Assembly: GCA_031289855.1 (NCBI GenBank)
Contig: JAITOR010000075.1
Coordinates: 7,702-71,701, forward strand
DNA length: 64,000 bases
Reading direction: 5' to 3'
DNA from: Rickettsiales bacterium
Lineage (GTDB): Bacteria > Pseudomonadota > Alphaproteobacteria > Rickettsiales > UBA1997
Below are positions 28,260 to 37,944 of the stretch, piece after piece. Position 1 is the first letter of the stretch, and every line of letters begins with the position of its first letter. The position numbers and the translations under genes are program-made. The notes below the pieces were generated by a model. The model did not search any database and was not told the origin of the DNA. It saw only the letters and a program-made list of their open reading frames with translations.

Positions 28260-28794
28260 AATAAAAGAATATATAGAATTTTTATTAAAATGTAATGAAA
28301 AAATGAACTTAATAGGGTCATCCACCATCGCTGATATCGAGAACAGGCACATAAAAGATTGCTTGCAAATTATGAAATTTATACAGAATAAAGATATAAA
28401 ACTCGCAGATTTAGGAAGTGGTGCTGGCCTACCAGGCATTTTGTTATCAATAATGGGAGTTAAAGAGGTTCATTTGTTTGAAAAAAGTGCAAAAAAATGT
28501 GATTTTTTGGAAAAAGCAAAAAAATTTTCTAATAATAAAATTGTAGTTCAAAATGTAAATTTATATGATTATAAAGACAATACTTTTGACATCATAACAT
28601 CAAGAGCGCTTGGAAGTTTAAATATGCTTTTAGAGTTATCAAAAAATTTAAAAAAAAATGATAGCGAATTGATTTTTTTAAAAGGCAAAAAAGTGTACGA
28701 GGAAATTGAAGATGCAAAGACAAAACATAAATTTGAATATAAATTACATGATAGTGAAACCAGTGAAGAAGGAAAAATAATTATTATTAATTGA
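28237..28794 (+). CDS. rsmG: 16S rRNA (guanine527-N7)-methyltransferase
   Basis: The SAM motif is LADLGSGAGLPGILLSI, followed by TSRA. It overlaps the murB 3' end. Confidence 0.85.
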   Translation: MEKKIMDKIKEYIEFLLKCNEKMNLIGSSTIADIENRHIKDCLQIMKFIQNKDIKLADLGSGAGLPGILLSIMGVKEVHLFEKSAKKCDFLEKAKKFSNNKIVVQNVNLYDYKDNTFDIITSRALGSLNMLLELSKNLKKNDSELIFLKGKKVYEEIEDAKTKHKFEYKLHDSETSEEGKIIIIN

Positions 28795-28847
28795 ATTATT
28801 TTCAAAGTTATCTCTTATTTTTCCTAGACTTTTATCAAAAAATTAAT

Positions 28848-29282
28848 TTATTGATTTTCATACCTATTGAAAGTTTCAAATTCCGAAAAGAAAAAATTAA
28901 TTTCTCTTTGAACACTGATAATTGAATCAGAACCATGCACACAATTTCTTTGCACTGATTCACCAAACAATGCTCTAATTGTTCCTATTGAAGCTTCATG
29001 TGGATTAGTTTTTCCCATCAAAGCCCTGTTTTTATGTATCGCGTTCTCACCTTGTAATACTTGCACCACAATTGGACCAGATGTCATATAATCAACCAAT
29101 TCTTCAAAAAATACCTTTTCACTATGTTCCATATAAAAAAGTCTTGCATGATATTTTGTTAAATAAATCATTTTTTGAGCAGCAATTTTTAATCCTGATT
29201 CCTCAAAAATTGCATTTATTTTGCCAATTAAACTTCTTTCTACGGCATCTGGTTTAATAATGGATAAAGTTTTTTCAATCAT
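28848..29282 (-). CDS. ndk: nucleoside-diphosphate kinase
   Basis: ORF 28848..29336. Start trimmed to [14 protein letters not shown] (29282). The active-site region is NCVHGSDS. Confidence 0.92.
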   Translation of the reverse strand: MIEKTLSIIKPDAVERSLIGKINAIFEESGLKIAAQKMIYLTKYHARLFYMEHSEKVFFEELVDYMTSGPIVVQVLQGENAIHKNRALMGKTNPHEASIGTIRALFGESVQRNCVHGSDSIISVQREINFFFSEFETFNRYENQ

Positions 29283-29369
29283 AAATAATAAAATAATTAT
29301 ATAAATAAATAATATTGACAAAATAAAAAAAATCAAATAATATTGATTTAATAACTAAGATTTTGAAAA

Positions 29370-29798
29370 ATGAAAAATGCTACAATAGAGGATTGCTTAA
29401 AGTTAATCCCAAACAAGTTTGAATTAATACTTGAAACAAGTTACAGAGCTAAAACTCTTATCAATGGTTTTTCCCCATTATATGAAACTGACAAACTAAG
29501 CAATGTAGTTATTTCATTGAATGAAATTGGAAATAATTTATTAGATGTGGTGGAATTAAAAAAGATAACTGAAAATGATATTAAAAACAAAGAAAAGTTC
29601 TTTGATAACGAAAAAAACACAGAAGAAGTTGAAATTGTAAATGTTAAAAAAATAGAAAATGTTGATGGCGAAGAATTGAGTGTTGATGGGCAAGCAGATG
29701 AAATTGATATTGAAATAGATGAAGAAGAGGAAGATGACGAGATTAATTTAGGGCTTGATAACGTTGAAGATGAAATTGATGATGATGAAGAAAAATAA
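29370..29798 (+). CDS. rpoZ: DNA-directed RNA polymerase subunit omega with a long acidic C-terminal extension
   Basis: The N-terminus TIEDCLKLIPNKFELILETSYRAKTL matches the RpoZ core. The C-terminal 50 or so residues are mostly D/E. Confidence 0.8.
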   Translation: MKNATIEDCLKLIPNKFELILETSYRAKTLINGFSPLYETDKLSNVVISLNEIGNNLLDVVELKKITENDIKNKEKFFDNEKNTEEVEIVNVKKIENVDGEELSVDGQADEIDIEIDEEEEDDEINLGLDNVEDEIDDDEEK

Positions 29799-29809
29799 AG
29801 TAAATAAAA

Positions 29810-30940
29810 TTGTTTGTAGATGAAAAAAATAAACAAAATATATATTACTCAATAAATAAAAATGCAGATATTATTTATGAGTTGCGAGATGTGGGAGACT
29901 CGTGTCTGAAACAAAACTTTGTATCTGTAACTGAATTTAAAAAACCAAATGGAGTGAATCTGCATGAATATTGCAGTTTTGGTTATTACTGGCATCCAGA
30001 CCCTACGAAGCCCAATGGACTTCCATACATAAAAAAAGATGGTATAATAAATGTAGAGGCTAATAAAGGTTGTAAAGTGGCATTAAAAAATATGGCAGAA
30101 AGTGTTTTTCATCTTGCGGTGGCTGGACATTATTTGCAAAACAAGATTTATACAGATTATGCGATAAATCTTTTATATACTTGGTTTGTTGACAAGGATA
30201 CATATATGAATCCAAATTTAAAGTTCGCACAAATAATTCCAGGTATTGATATGATTAGAGGCATTGGAATTATAGATGGACTACCATTTATAACAATTTG
30301 TCATGCTCTTGAATATATTAATAATCCAATAATTGATGATATGAAAAAATGGTTTAGTGAGTATTTGCATTGGTTGAATAGTAGTGAATATGGAAGAATG
30401 TTGACTAAAAATAACAAAAATAATCATATATCCTATTACAATGCACAACTCATGTGTTATGCGATTTTCACAGACAATGAAAAAATCATCCAAGAGTGTG
30501 TTGAAAGATATAAAATAATTTTACAAACCCAAACAAATGATGAGTGTGCTTTTACTGCGGAATTAACGAGAACTAGAAGTTTACATTATTGTTTGTTTAT
30601 GTTGGAAAGTCTTGTTATTACCTGCGAATTAGCATTTCAAAGAGGCATAGATTTATGGAAATACACAACTAATTGTGGGAAGAATATAGAAAAATGTATA
30701 GATTTTATGTTTCCATACATTAAAAAGCCTTTTAGATGGCCATTTCCACAAATAATTGATGAATATATTGCGCCGCAATCTGGATTGCAACTTGGGGCAA
30801 TTAGGTTGGGAAGAGATGATTATAGAATATTGGATGAAAAAATGAGAGATGAAATGAAAACAATTTATCCTTTTCTTCATATCGATGAATTAAAGGTGCC
30901 TTGTATGGGTGAATTGTGTTTTTTGGAAGGATATTTCTAA
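29810..30940 (+). CDS. alginate lyase family protein (PF05426-like polysaccharide lyase)
   Basis: It has NNKNNHISYYNAQL (the NNHxYW-type motif) and AELTRTRSLHYCLFMLESLVITCELAFQRGIDLW, which resembles the AlgL-type core. It uses a TTG start and I saw no obvious signal peptide. Confidence 0.55.
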   Translation: MFVDEKNKQNIYYSINKNADIIYELRDVGDSCLKQNFVSVTEFKKPNGVNLHEYCSFGYYWHPDPTKPNGLPYIKKDGIINVEANKGCKVALKNMAESVFHLAVAGHYLQNKIYTDYAINLLYTWFVDKDTYMNPNLKFAQIIPGIDMIRGIGIIDGLPFITICHALEYINNPIIDDMKKWFSEYLHWLNSSEYGRMLTKNNKNNHISYYNAQLMCYAIFTDNEKIIQECVERYKIILQTQTNDECAFTAELTRTRSLHYCLFMLESLVITCELAFQRGIDLWKYTTNCGKNIEKCIDFMFPYIKKPFRWPFPQIIDEYIAPQSGLQLGAIRLGRDDYRILDEKMRDEMKTIYPFLHIDELKVPCMGELCFLEGYF

Positions 30941-30944
30941 CATA

Positions 30945-31814
30945 CTATCCTCTTGGGTGTATTTTTTTATAGACATCTAACAATCTTTTTTTATCAACCT
31001 TTGTGTATATTTGTGTTGTGGAAAGACTGCTATGTCCTAATAATTCCTGCAAACTTCTTAAATCAGCTCCGTTTTCCAATAAATGAGTCGCAAAAGAATG
31101 TCGTAGGGCATGTGGCGTAGTTGTTACGCTTAAATCAAGCATAGTTCTTGTTTTTTGTATAACCCGCTCAAACAAAGTTGCCGAATACTGCAAATTTCTT
31201 TTACTTCTAAACAAGTAATCGGTTGGCAGAATGGCAAATGGGCACTTTTTTACATAAATGTTTATTTTTTCAATAACAATCGGCAGCACAGGTAAATTTC
31301 GCATCTTGCCACCCTTTCCTTTGATAATAATCGTATTGTTAATATCACCCTTTTTTAAATTCAAAGCTTCGCTAATTCTCAAGCCGCATCCGTAAATCAA
31401 GGTGCAGATTGCAATATCACGAGCCACCTGCCATTCATCATTATGTATTTCGACCATCATTTCCATTATTTTTTCAATATTCATTACGTCAATTGCTTTT
31501 GGAATTCCCTTCTTTACCTTTGGATTTTTCACTACACTAATTATTGGATTATCAATCTTTTTGTGCTTTTTTAGGTATTTAAAGAAACTTTTCACACTGG
31601 ATAGATTTCTCGATAATGTGGCATTTTGCAAATTTAAATTCTTCTTACTGACCAACCAATTTCTAAAATCACTGTGTCGTAAGGTTTTTATATCTTTTGC
31701 ACCAATATAGTTAAAAAAATCGGTTAAATCCTCCCTATAGGCGGATACGGTGTGTTTTGAGTAATTTTTTTCACTTGCAATATACAACAAAAACTCATTT
31801 ATAAGTTTATTCAT
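30945..31814 (-). CDS. tyrosine recombinase, XerC/XerD family
   Basis: It has the ARDIAICTLIYGCGLRISEAL (Arg box) and HALRHSFATHLLENGADLRSLQELLGHSSLSTTQIYT (HxxR...Y) motifs. Confidence 0.88.
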   Translation of the reverse strand: MNKLINEFLLYIASEKNYSKHTVSAYREDLTDFFNYIGAKDIKTLRHSDFRNWLVSKKNLNLQNATLSRNLSSVKSFFKYLKKHKKIDNPIISVVKNPKVKKGIPKAIDVMNIEKIMEMMVEIHNDEWQVARDIAICTLIYGCGLRISEALNLKKGDINNTIIIKGKGGKMRNLPVLPIVIEKINIYVKKCPFAILPTDYLFRSKRNLQYSATLFERVIQKTRTMLDLSVTTTPHALRHSFATHLLENGADLRSLQELLGHSSLSTTQIYTKVDKKRLLDVYKKIHPRG

Positions 31815-31975
31815 TATATTAATGAAAATATGTCTTTAATTGGGTTGATGACATAATCGAACACATTTTCACTTAAAAAATCCCAATTATACCACAACAT
31901 AAAAATAAAGATAAAAAACATCAAAGCCCATTTTCCACCTATTTTTTCATAAAATTTTGCTAATTTTTCTTTCAT
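31814..31975 (-). CDS. candidate small membrane protein (53 aa)
   Basis: Not in the ORF track. It encodes MKEKLAKFYEKIGGKWALMFFIFIFMLWYNWDFLSENVFDYVINPIKDIFSLI. It has one TM helix, fills the yebC-xer gap exactly, and its stop overlaps the xer ATG as TAATG. Confidence 0.35.
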   Translation of the reverse strand: MKEKLAKFYEKIGGKWALMFFIFIFMLWYNWDFLSENVFDYVINPIKDIFSLI

Positions 31976-31977
31976 AA

Positions 31978-32727
31978 TTATCCTAATTTTTCTGCGATTT
32001 CATCGCTAAATTCAAAGTTATAATAAACATTTTGCACATCCTCATTATCTTCCAATATTTCAATAAATTTATTGATTTTTTCAGCCTTTTCCAAGTCATC
32101 AATCACAACAGACTCATTTGCCACCCATTTTAATGCCGCCTCACTTGGTTCTCCAAATTTTGCCATCAAAACATCTCTAACCTTTATAAAATTTTCAATA
32201 CTTGTTGTAATTTCATGGTATTCTTCATCACTCTCAACATTATCTCCACCCGCATTTATCACCTCTTCAAGCATAGTATTTTCATCCGCAACTTTTCCTT
32301 CAAAACCAATAATACCAATCTTTTTAAACATAAAACTTACACTTCCAGTTTCACCCATTGCTCCCCCATACTTTGAAAATGTTGAACGAATACTTGAGGC
32401 TGAACGATTTTTATTATCAGTTAATGCTTCCACAATAAGCGCAATACCACCAAAACCTCGTCCTTCATATCTTATTTCTTCCCAATTTTCACCAGCACCC
32501 ATTCCTGTTGCTTTTTTAATGGCATTTGTAATATTATCCTTTGGCATGCTTGCCGCTTTAGCAGCAATTACTGCACTTCGTAATCGTGGATTAAAGTCAG
32601 GATTTGGGTCACCTAATTTTGTTGCTATGGTTATTTCTTTCAATAGCTTCGTAAAATTTTTACCTCTTTTGGCATCAATAATTGCTTTTTTATGCTTTGT
32701 TGTTGCCCATTTTGAATGACCTGACAT
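31978..32727 (-). CDS. yebC: YebC/PmpR family DNA-binding transcriptional regulator
   Basis: ORF 31978..32784, trimmed to the canonical N-terminus MSGHSKWATTKHKKA. Confidence 0.92.
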   Translation of the reverse strand: MSGHSKWATTKHKKAIIDAKRGKNFTKLLKEITIATKLGDPNPDFNPRLRSAVIAAKAASMPKDNITNAIKKATGMGAGENWEEIRYEGRGFGGIALIVEALTDNKNRSASSIRSTFSKYGGAMGETGSVSFMFKKIGIIGFEGKVADENTMLEEVINAGGDNVESDEEYHEITTSIENFIKVRDVLMAKFGEPSEAALKWVANESVVIDDLEKAEKINKFIEILEDNEDVQNVYYNFEFSDEIAEKLG

Positions 32728-32788
32728 ATAATATATTAAATTATTATAATAAGATGTTACATGTTTTAAATAAATTTTCAACAAAATA

Positions 32789-33451
32789 TTATATATAGTT
32801 TTTAACCTGTTTATTTTGTATTGTTATGATTTTATCCAATTTTTTTGCCAACTCTTGATTATGTGTTACCATTAATAGTGCGGAACTATATTTTTGCACC
32901 ACTTGTAGCAATAATTCAAAAACATTATTTGCATTCTCCTCATCAAGATTGCCAGTAGGTTCATCTGCCAATATAATTTTTGGATTATTTATAATAGCCC
33001 TTGCGATTGATACTCTTTGCCTCTCTCCACCCGACAATTGATTTGGTCTATTATTTATTTTATCATTCAAATTCAAATCATTCAAAATTTCAATTGCACG
33101 AGATTTTAAATTTTTATTATCGATTAAACTTGGAATTAAAACATTTTCTAACACAGAAAATTCTGGTAACAAATTATGAAATTGAAACACAAAACCTATT
33201 TCATTTTTTCTAATTGCTGTCTTTTCGTTATCATTCAATAACGAAATATTCTTATCATTTATATAAATATTACCACTGGTGGCCGTATCTAATAAACCAC
33301 ATATTTGTAAAAATGTAGTTTTTCCACAACCAGAAGTTCCCACCATGGCTATACTTTCATTTTCATGAATCGTAAGAAAAGAATTTTTTATTATTTCATT
33401 TCCATCCTTATAGGTCTTATTTACACCCTCTAACCTTAAAATTTCTCGCAT
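32789..33451 (-). CDS. lolD: ABC transporter ATP-binding protein, LolD-like
   Basis: It has Walker A GTSGCGKTT, the signature LSGGERQR and Walker B ILADEPTGNLD. The family subtype was judged by eye only. Confidence 0.55.
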   Translation of the reverse strand: MREILRLEGVNKTYKDGNEIIKNSFLTIHENESIAMVGTSGCGKTTFLQICGLLDTATSGNIYINDKNISLLNDNEKTAIRKNEIGFVFQFHNLLPEFSVLENVLIPSLIDNKNLKSRAIEILNDLNLNDKINNRPNQLSGGERQRVSIARAIINNPKIILADEPTGNLDEENANNVFELLLQVVQKYSSALLMVTHNQELAKKLDKIITIQNKQVKNYI

Positions 33452-33462
33452 ATCATTCCATT

Positions 33463-34875
33463 TTATTTACATTTTCCACATTCTTCGCAATTATTTATAA
33501 CGGTTCTTTGAATAATGGTTTTTCGTCCATCTTTTGAGTTAACAGCCAATCCACCTAATGATGTTTCACGATATTTTGATTGTATATCTCTTCCAACCTG
33601 TTTAAGTGTCAAAATTGCCTGATCTAATGTTATAAATAAACTTTTTTTCTCTTTAATTGCTAATTTCGCACAAGTTATCGCTTTTACCGCATTTATGGCA
33701 TTTCTTTCAATACAAGGAATCTGCACTAATCCACCTATTGGATCACAAATAAGTCCCAAGTTATGAACTAATCCCATTACACTCGCATTTTCAATTTGCG
33801 AATCATTTCCACCCAATAGAGCACAAAGTCCAGCACTTGCCATAGCACATGCAACGCCAATTTCCGCTTGACATCCACCCTCCGCACCTGAAATTGTAGC
33901 ATTAGTTTTGCATAATATACCAATCACACCAGCAATTAACACGAATTTTTTTAAGTTTTCTATTGTGTATTTATTTTTGTAATATACTTCAATAAATTTT
34001 ACCACCGCTGGAATTAAAGCAGCTGCACCATTGGTTGGGGCAGTTATTAATTTACCCAAACTTGCATTCTCTTCTGCTCCAGCTAAAGCCCACAAAGCAA
34101 TCCAATCGAATACATTCAATGGGTCATCCTTTTCTTTTTTTAATTTTTTTAATAATACTGGAGCTCGTCTTGACAAATCTAATGTCCCTTCCAAATTACC
34201 CTTTCTATTCAAACCATTTTGTATCATTTCCTGCATCACATCAATCACTGTTTGCACCCGCTTGTTGATTTCTTCTTCACTTCTAAAACATTTTTCATTT
34301 TCTAATACTATTTCATAAATTGATTTTTTCTCCTCTTGACAAATCTCCATCAATCCTTGAAAATCCGCAAAATTATATTTTATTTTTTGTGTGAATTTTA
34401 TGCTATTTATTTCATCTTGCGTAATTACAAAACCTCCACCAACCGAGTAATATGTTTGACTAAAAATTACCCGTTTATTCTTATCTGTGGCTGTAATTAT
34501 CATACCATTACTATGATAGGATAACACATCGTTCTTATGGACTATAAAATTTTTCTTTCTATCATAATTTATTGGTTTTTTACCACTCAAAAATAATTTT
34601 TTTTCAGATTTGATTCTTTCAATTTCAATATCAATTTTATTAGGCTTTATATTCTCTGGTTGCCAGCCTTCAAGACCCAACTCTATTGCAAGATAAGTGG
34701 CATGACCCCTACCGGTCAATGCTAACGAGCCATACAAATCCACCACAATATTTTCAATGGTATCAATTCGTTTTTCCACATCCTTTAAAAACATATTAGC
34801 AGCAACCATAGGTCCAAATGTATGGGAACTTGAAGGTCCAATGCCAATTTTAAAAATATCAAAAATGCTTATCAT
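33463..34875 (-). CDS. sdaA: L-serine ammonia-lyase (iron-sulfur dependent, single chain)
   Basis: The N-terminus MISIFDIFKIGIGPSSSHTFGPM is diagnostic. The alpha-domain Cys residues are present. Confidence 0.9.
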   Translation of the reverse strand: MISIFDIFKIGIGPSSSHTFGPMVAANMFLKDVEKRIDTIENIVVDLYGSLALTGRGHATYLAIELGLEGWQPENIKPNKIDIEIERIKSEKKLFLSGKKPINYDRKKNFIVHKNDVLSYHSNGMIITATDKNKRVIFSQTYYSVGGGFVITQDEINSIKFTQKIKYNFADFQGLMEICQEEKKSIYEIVLENEKCFRSEEEINKRVQTVIDVMQEMIQNGLNRKGNLEGTLDLSRRAPVLLKKLKKEKDDPLNVFDWIALWALAGAEENASLGKLITAPTNGAAALIPAVVKFIEVYYKNKYTIENLKKFVLIAGVIGILCKTNATISGAEGGCQAEIGVACAMASAGLCALLGGNDSQIENASVMGLVHNLGLICDPIGGLVQIPCIERNAINAVKAITCAKLAIKEKKSLFITLDQAILTLKQVGRDIQSKYRETSLGGLAVNSKDGRKTIIQRTVINNCEECGKCK

Positions 34876-34923
34876 ACTTCGTGTATATAATAAAAAAATA
34901 AAAAGTAAATATATTTTTCAATA

Positions 34924-36003
34924 TTAGAAAAAAATTCCAAGATTTGCACTAAAATTATTGTTTGTCATTATATTATTTATCAAAACTCCTATTGAAACAT
35001 TTATTGAAAATTCATCATATACATTATATGCGCCCCCAACCACAATCTCCCTTGTAACTCTTTCTTTTTCTAATGCTGAATTCTCCTGCATTTTAACTCT
35101 GCCGTTCGTTTGTTGTTTTTGATATACACCAATAGAAACATGCATTGTGTTTTCTTTTCCGCTACTTTTTGTAAGAACAATATCACCGCCAATGCTATAA
35201 GATGTTACATTTGTTTTTTCCACTAACAAATGAATATATTGCATAGAAATACTTGGTATAAATGATATAAAATTCCTTATTATACCAACGTCCCTTCTCC
35301 TTGTGCCAAAAATTTTATCCTTATTCAAATTAACTAATGGTATTTTTCTTTCATTTCCTATTATATACTTTGTTTCATTTCTAATTTCGTATTTTTCAAG
35401 ATCTATGATGGCTTCTTTGTCATACAAAACAAAATTAAAACCAATTTCACCTTTTCCATACATATATCTTGTCGAATATTCATCCTTTGTGCTACCAATT
35501 GTTCCGAATCCAGCATTGAATAAAGAATAAAAATTTTCATCATTCGTTATTATTGAAACATTTGCAATTTGTGAATTTGCTTCAAATTTTTCCTCATCCT
35601 TTTTAGCCATTACTTGATTCAAAAGAAGAGAAAAACTAAGAATAAAATCATTGGATTTTATATCATAATTAAAAACACCACCATAATAAAAAAAATTGTG
35701 GTCGTTTTTTCGATTTAAGTATCCATAATCTCCCTCAAACCAAGAATTATTTTGTGAGTATGTTTCATTCGCATACAATTCATTGTAATTGTATACATTT
35801 TCTTTCTCCACAAATGGTATATTATTATGGCCAAATTTTCCGCCATACTTGTAGCTTTCATAGTATAAAATTCTTTTATGTAAATTGTTGAATAAAATAT
35901 TTAAACTTGACATTAAAACATCTGTGGTAAAATTATTGCCCATAGCAAAAATATTACAAATTAATGTAAAAAATAAAAAAATAAAAAGTGTTTTTTTTAT
36001 CAT
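34924..36003 (-). CDS. putative outer-membrane beta-barrel protein
   Basis: It has a signal peptide (LFIFLFFTLICNIFA), alternating aromatic/polar strands, and a C-terminal ...NLGIFF ending in Phe. Confidence 0.5.
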   Translation of the reverse strand: MIKKTLFIFLFFTLICNIFAMGNNFTTDVLMSSLNILFNNLHKRILYYESYKYGGKFGHNNIPFVEKENVYNYNELYANETYSQNNSWFEGDYGYLNRKNDHNFFYYGGVFNYDIKSNDFILSFSLLLNQVMAKKDEEKFEANSQIANVSIITNDENFYSLFNAGFGTIGSTKDEYSTRYMYGKGEIGFNFVLYDKEAIIDLEKYEIRNETKYIIGNERKIPLVNLNKDKIFGTRRRDVGIIRNFISFIPSISMQYIHLLVEKTNVTSYSIGGDIVLTKSSGKENTMHVSIGVYQKQQTNGRVKMQENSALEKERVTREIVVGGAYNVYDEFSINVSIGVLINNIMTNNNFSANLGIFF

Positions 36004-36518
36004 TTTTTATCCCTCAATTCTTTTATTAATAGCAAAAAAACTCCTACACATACAACACTATCTGCAATATTAAATGCTGGCCAGTGATATTGTTTTATAT
36101 GGAAATCTAAAAAATCAAATACTCCACCATAGATAATTCTATCATATAAATTTCCAATTCCGCCTCCAATTATTGCAGAATATGTATAAATCAAAAATTT
36201 ATCACCACTTTGCCAAGATAAATAAAATAAAAATCCAATTAAAATAGATGTTATTATGGATAAAATTATTTGCCCGTAAACAATGCCATTAAACATGCCA
36301 AAACTTACACCTGTATTTATGACTTTTACTATATTGAAAAAATATGTCATTTGTATATAATCGTATATTCCACCAGTTTTTACAGAAAATTCATCCACTT
36401 TTGCAAAGGCAATTCTTTTGCTCCATATATCGATTACAAAAATTGTAAAAATAATTGCAAAACCAATAAAAAAATATTTTTTATTTTTGAAAAACTGGAT
36501 CTTCAATTTTTTTTGCAT
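36000..36518 (-). CDS. lspA: lipoprotein signal peptidase
   Basis: Four TM segments are visible, with the motifs NTGVSFGMF and FNIADS. Confidence 0.88.
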   Translation of the reverse strand: MQKKLKIQFFKNKKYFFIGFAIIFTIFVIDIWSKRIAFAKVDEFSVKTGGIYDYIQMTYFFNIVKVINTGVSFGMFNGIVYGQIILSIITSILIGFLFYLSWQSGDKFLIYTYSAIIGGGIGNLYDRIIYGGVFDFLDFHIKQYHWPAFNIADSVVCVGVFLLLIKELRDKK

Positions 36519-37197
36519 ATTCTACCGCTTTTACTTTATACAACATTTGACTTTCTAATATAAGTTTTTTATAATTCGTTCTCTTCAACACATCTCGTAC
36601 TTCCTGTGTTTGAAGTTCTGGAGTTATTTCTTGCATTTTTCTAACCTCTTCATCCAAATCATAACCCTGTAACATTTGTCTAATGGGCGTGGTTACAACA
36701 TTTCCTATTTTTTTCCCTATTAAATCTTTTGTAAAAACATCCTTTTTACTCACCATTAATGTAAAAATCATTGGCTTTTGCACAATTGTATTAAAATCAT
36801 CTCCATTGAGCACCAATACTTTAATTTTAAGCAAATCTCCAACTTTTATTTTTTTACTTTTTGCAATGGCTTTATCTGTAAATTCCTCTTTTAACTGTTT
36901 GGCATCCATTTCTTTTTTTTCTTTTTTTTGATTTTCATTCAATTCTCTTTGCACCATTCTATTCATTTCTTCTCGTTCTCTTTTTTCCACTTCAAAATGT
37001 TCCTTTAATATAGCATTTTGCGGAATAATTTGAAATTTTCCCTTTTCCTTCTTTTTATCATTAAAAAAGTTTTTAAAATTCACATCTGATTGAGTAACAA
37101 ACAAAAACACAAGAAAAATCACACCAATCGTTCTTTTAATAATTTTTTTGTTTAAAAACATCAAAATTTTTTGTAAAACACTTTTTTCGTCGTCCAT
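36481..37197 (-). CDS. hypothetical membrane-anchored protein (238 aa)
   Basis: It has one N-terminal TM helix (IGVIFLVFLFV), a K/E-rich coiled segment and an unrecognised C-terminal domain. It overlaps the lspA start by 38 nt. Confidence 0.45.
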   Translation of the reverse strand: MDDEKSVLQKILMFLNKKIIKRTIGVIFLVFLFVTQSDVNFKNFFNDKKKEKGKFQIIPQNAILKEHFEVEKREREEMNRMVQRELNENQKKEKKEMDAKQLKEEFTDKAIAKSKKIKVGDLLKIKVLVLNGDDFNTIVQKPMIFTLMVSKKDVFTKDLIGKKIGNVVTTPIRQMLQGYDLDEEVRKMQEITPELQTQEVRDVLKRTNYKKLILESQMLYKVKAVEYAKKIEDPVFQK

Positions 37198-37282
37198 ATC
37201 TTTATATGATAATACAAAATAAATATAAAGTCAATAAAATAAACTTGCTTTATTATAAAATATTTTTACTATAAACTATAAT

Positions 37283-37939
37283 ATGGAAAATGTAGAATTA
37301 GATTATATTGATATCGTGCCAGATGTGGTTAATAATGTTATGATTTTGTTGCATGGCTATGGTTCATCTGCTGATGATTTAATACCGGTGGCTTTAAGTT
37401 TGAGAAGTTTATTACCCACAACTGCCTTTATTTTTGTCAATGCTCCTATTCCATGTGAAAAAGGCACTGGCGGTTATCAATGGTTTTCATTAAAAACTAT
37501 GAATTTATTTACAATTTTAAAGGAAATTAAAAAATCATATATGACATTAAATAAATTTATTGACAAACAACTTGATAGATTTAAATTAACAAACGAGTAT
37601 TTAATAATTGGTGGATTTTCACAAGGTGCCATGATGACACTCTATACTGGCCCAAGACGATTAGAAGTTCCAATGGGGCTCATAGCTTTTTCTGGCATGA
37701 TGCCAGATACGATGGAAACTATAAGCAAAGAAATAAAAGTTCGTCCTGAAACTTGTTTGATACATGGAACGGCTGATGCCGTGGTGCCTTATGCAAGTAT
37801 GGGGCAGGCAGAAGAATTATTGAAAGAATTGGATATTCCGTATGAAGCCTTTACGGTTGAAGAAATGGGACATGAAATCAATGATGAGGCATTGGAATAT
37901 GCGAAAGAGTTTATAACAAAAATATGCAATAAATATTGA
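37283..37939 (+). CDS. alpha/beta hydrolase, phospholipase/carboxylesterase family
   Basis: It has LLHGYGSSADDL, the nucleophile elbow GFSQGA and HGTADAVVP. Confidence 0.7.
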   Translation: MENVELDYIDIVPDVVNNVMILLHGYGSSADDLIPVALSLRSLLPTTAFIFVNAPIPCEKGTGGYQWFSLKTMNLFTILKEIKKSYMTLNKFIDKQLDRFKLTNEYLIIGGFSQGAMMTLYTGPRRLEVPMGLIAFSGMMPDTMETISKEIKVRPETCLIHGTADAVVPYASMGQAEELLKELDIPYEAFTVEEMGHEINDEALEYAKEFITKICNKY

Positions 37940-37944
37940 TTTTG

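Noticed and set aside
28848-29336. N-terminal extensions offered by the ORF track for ndk, rplS (to 52366), lysC (to 58049), yebC (to 32784), rsmI (to 5578), gmk (from 2053), rpsM (to 54544) and the SBP gene (to 48842)
   Set aside because: The extensions are hydrophobic or AT-codon junk that precede canonical family N-termini. Those N-termini have their own RBS or overlap upstream genes, so the starts were trimmed accordingly.
30945-31814. The tyrosine recombinase as a marker of an integrated mobile element
   Set aside because: The sequence has the full XerC/XerD-type motif set. There is no adjacent tRNA, att-like direct repeat or phage/IS cargo. The neighbours are housekeeping genes.
32072-32719. 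215-aa ORF antisense to yebC, plus similar long shadow ORFs (27764..28321 vs murB, 43507..44001 vs pyrH, 55597..56118 vs secY, 52399..52818 vs rplQ/rpoA, 14533..14964 vs trxB, 2585..3040 vs gmk/133-aa gene)
   Set aside because: Each lies opposite a confidently identified conserved gene. The translated products are low-complexity and hydrophobic with no recognisable motifs. They are typical shadow ORFs.
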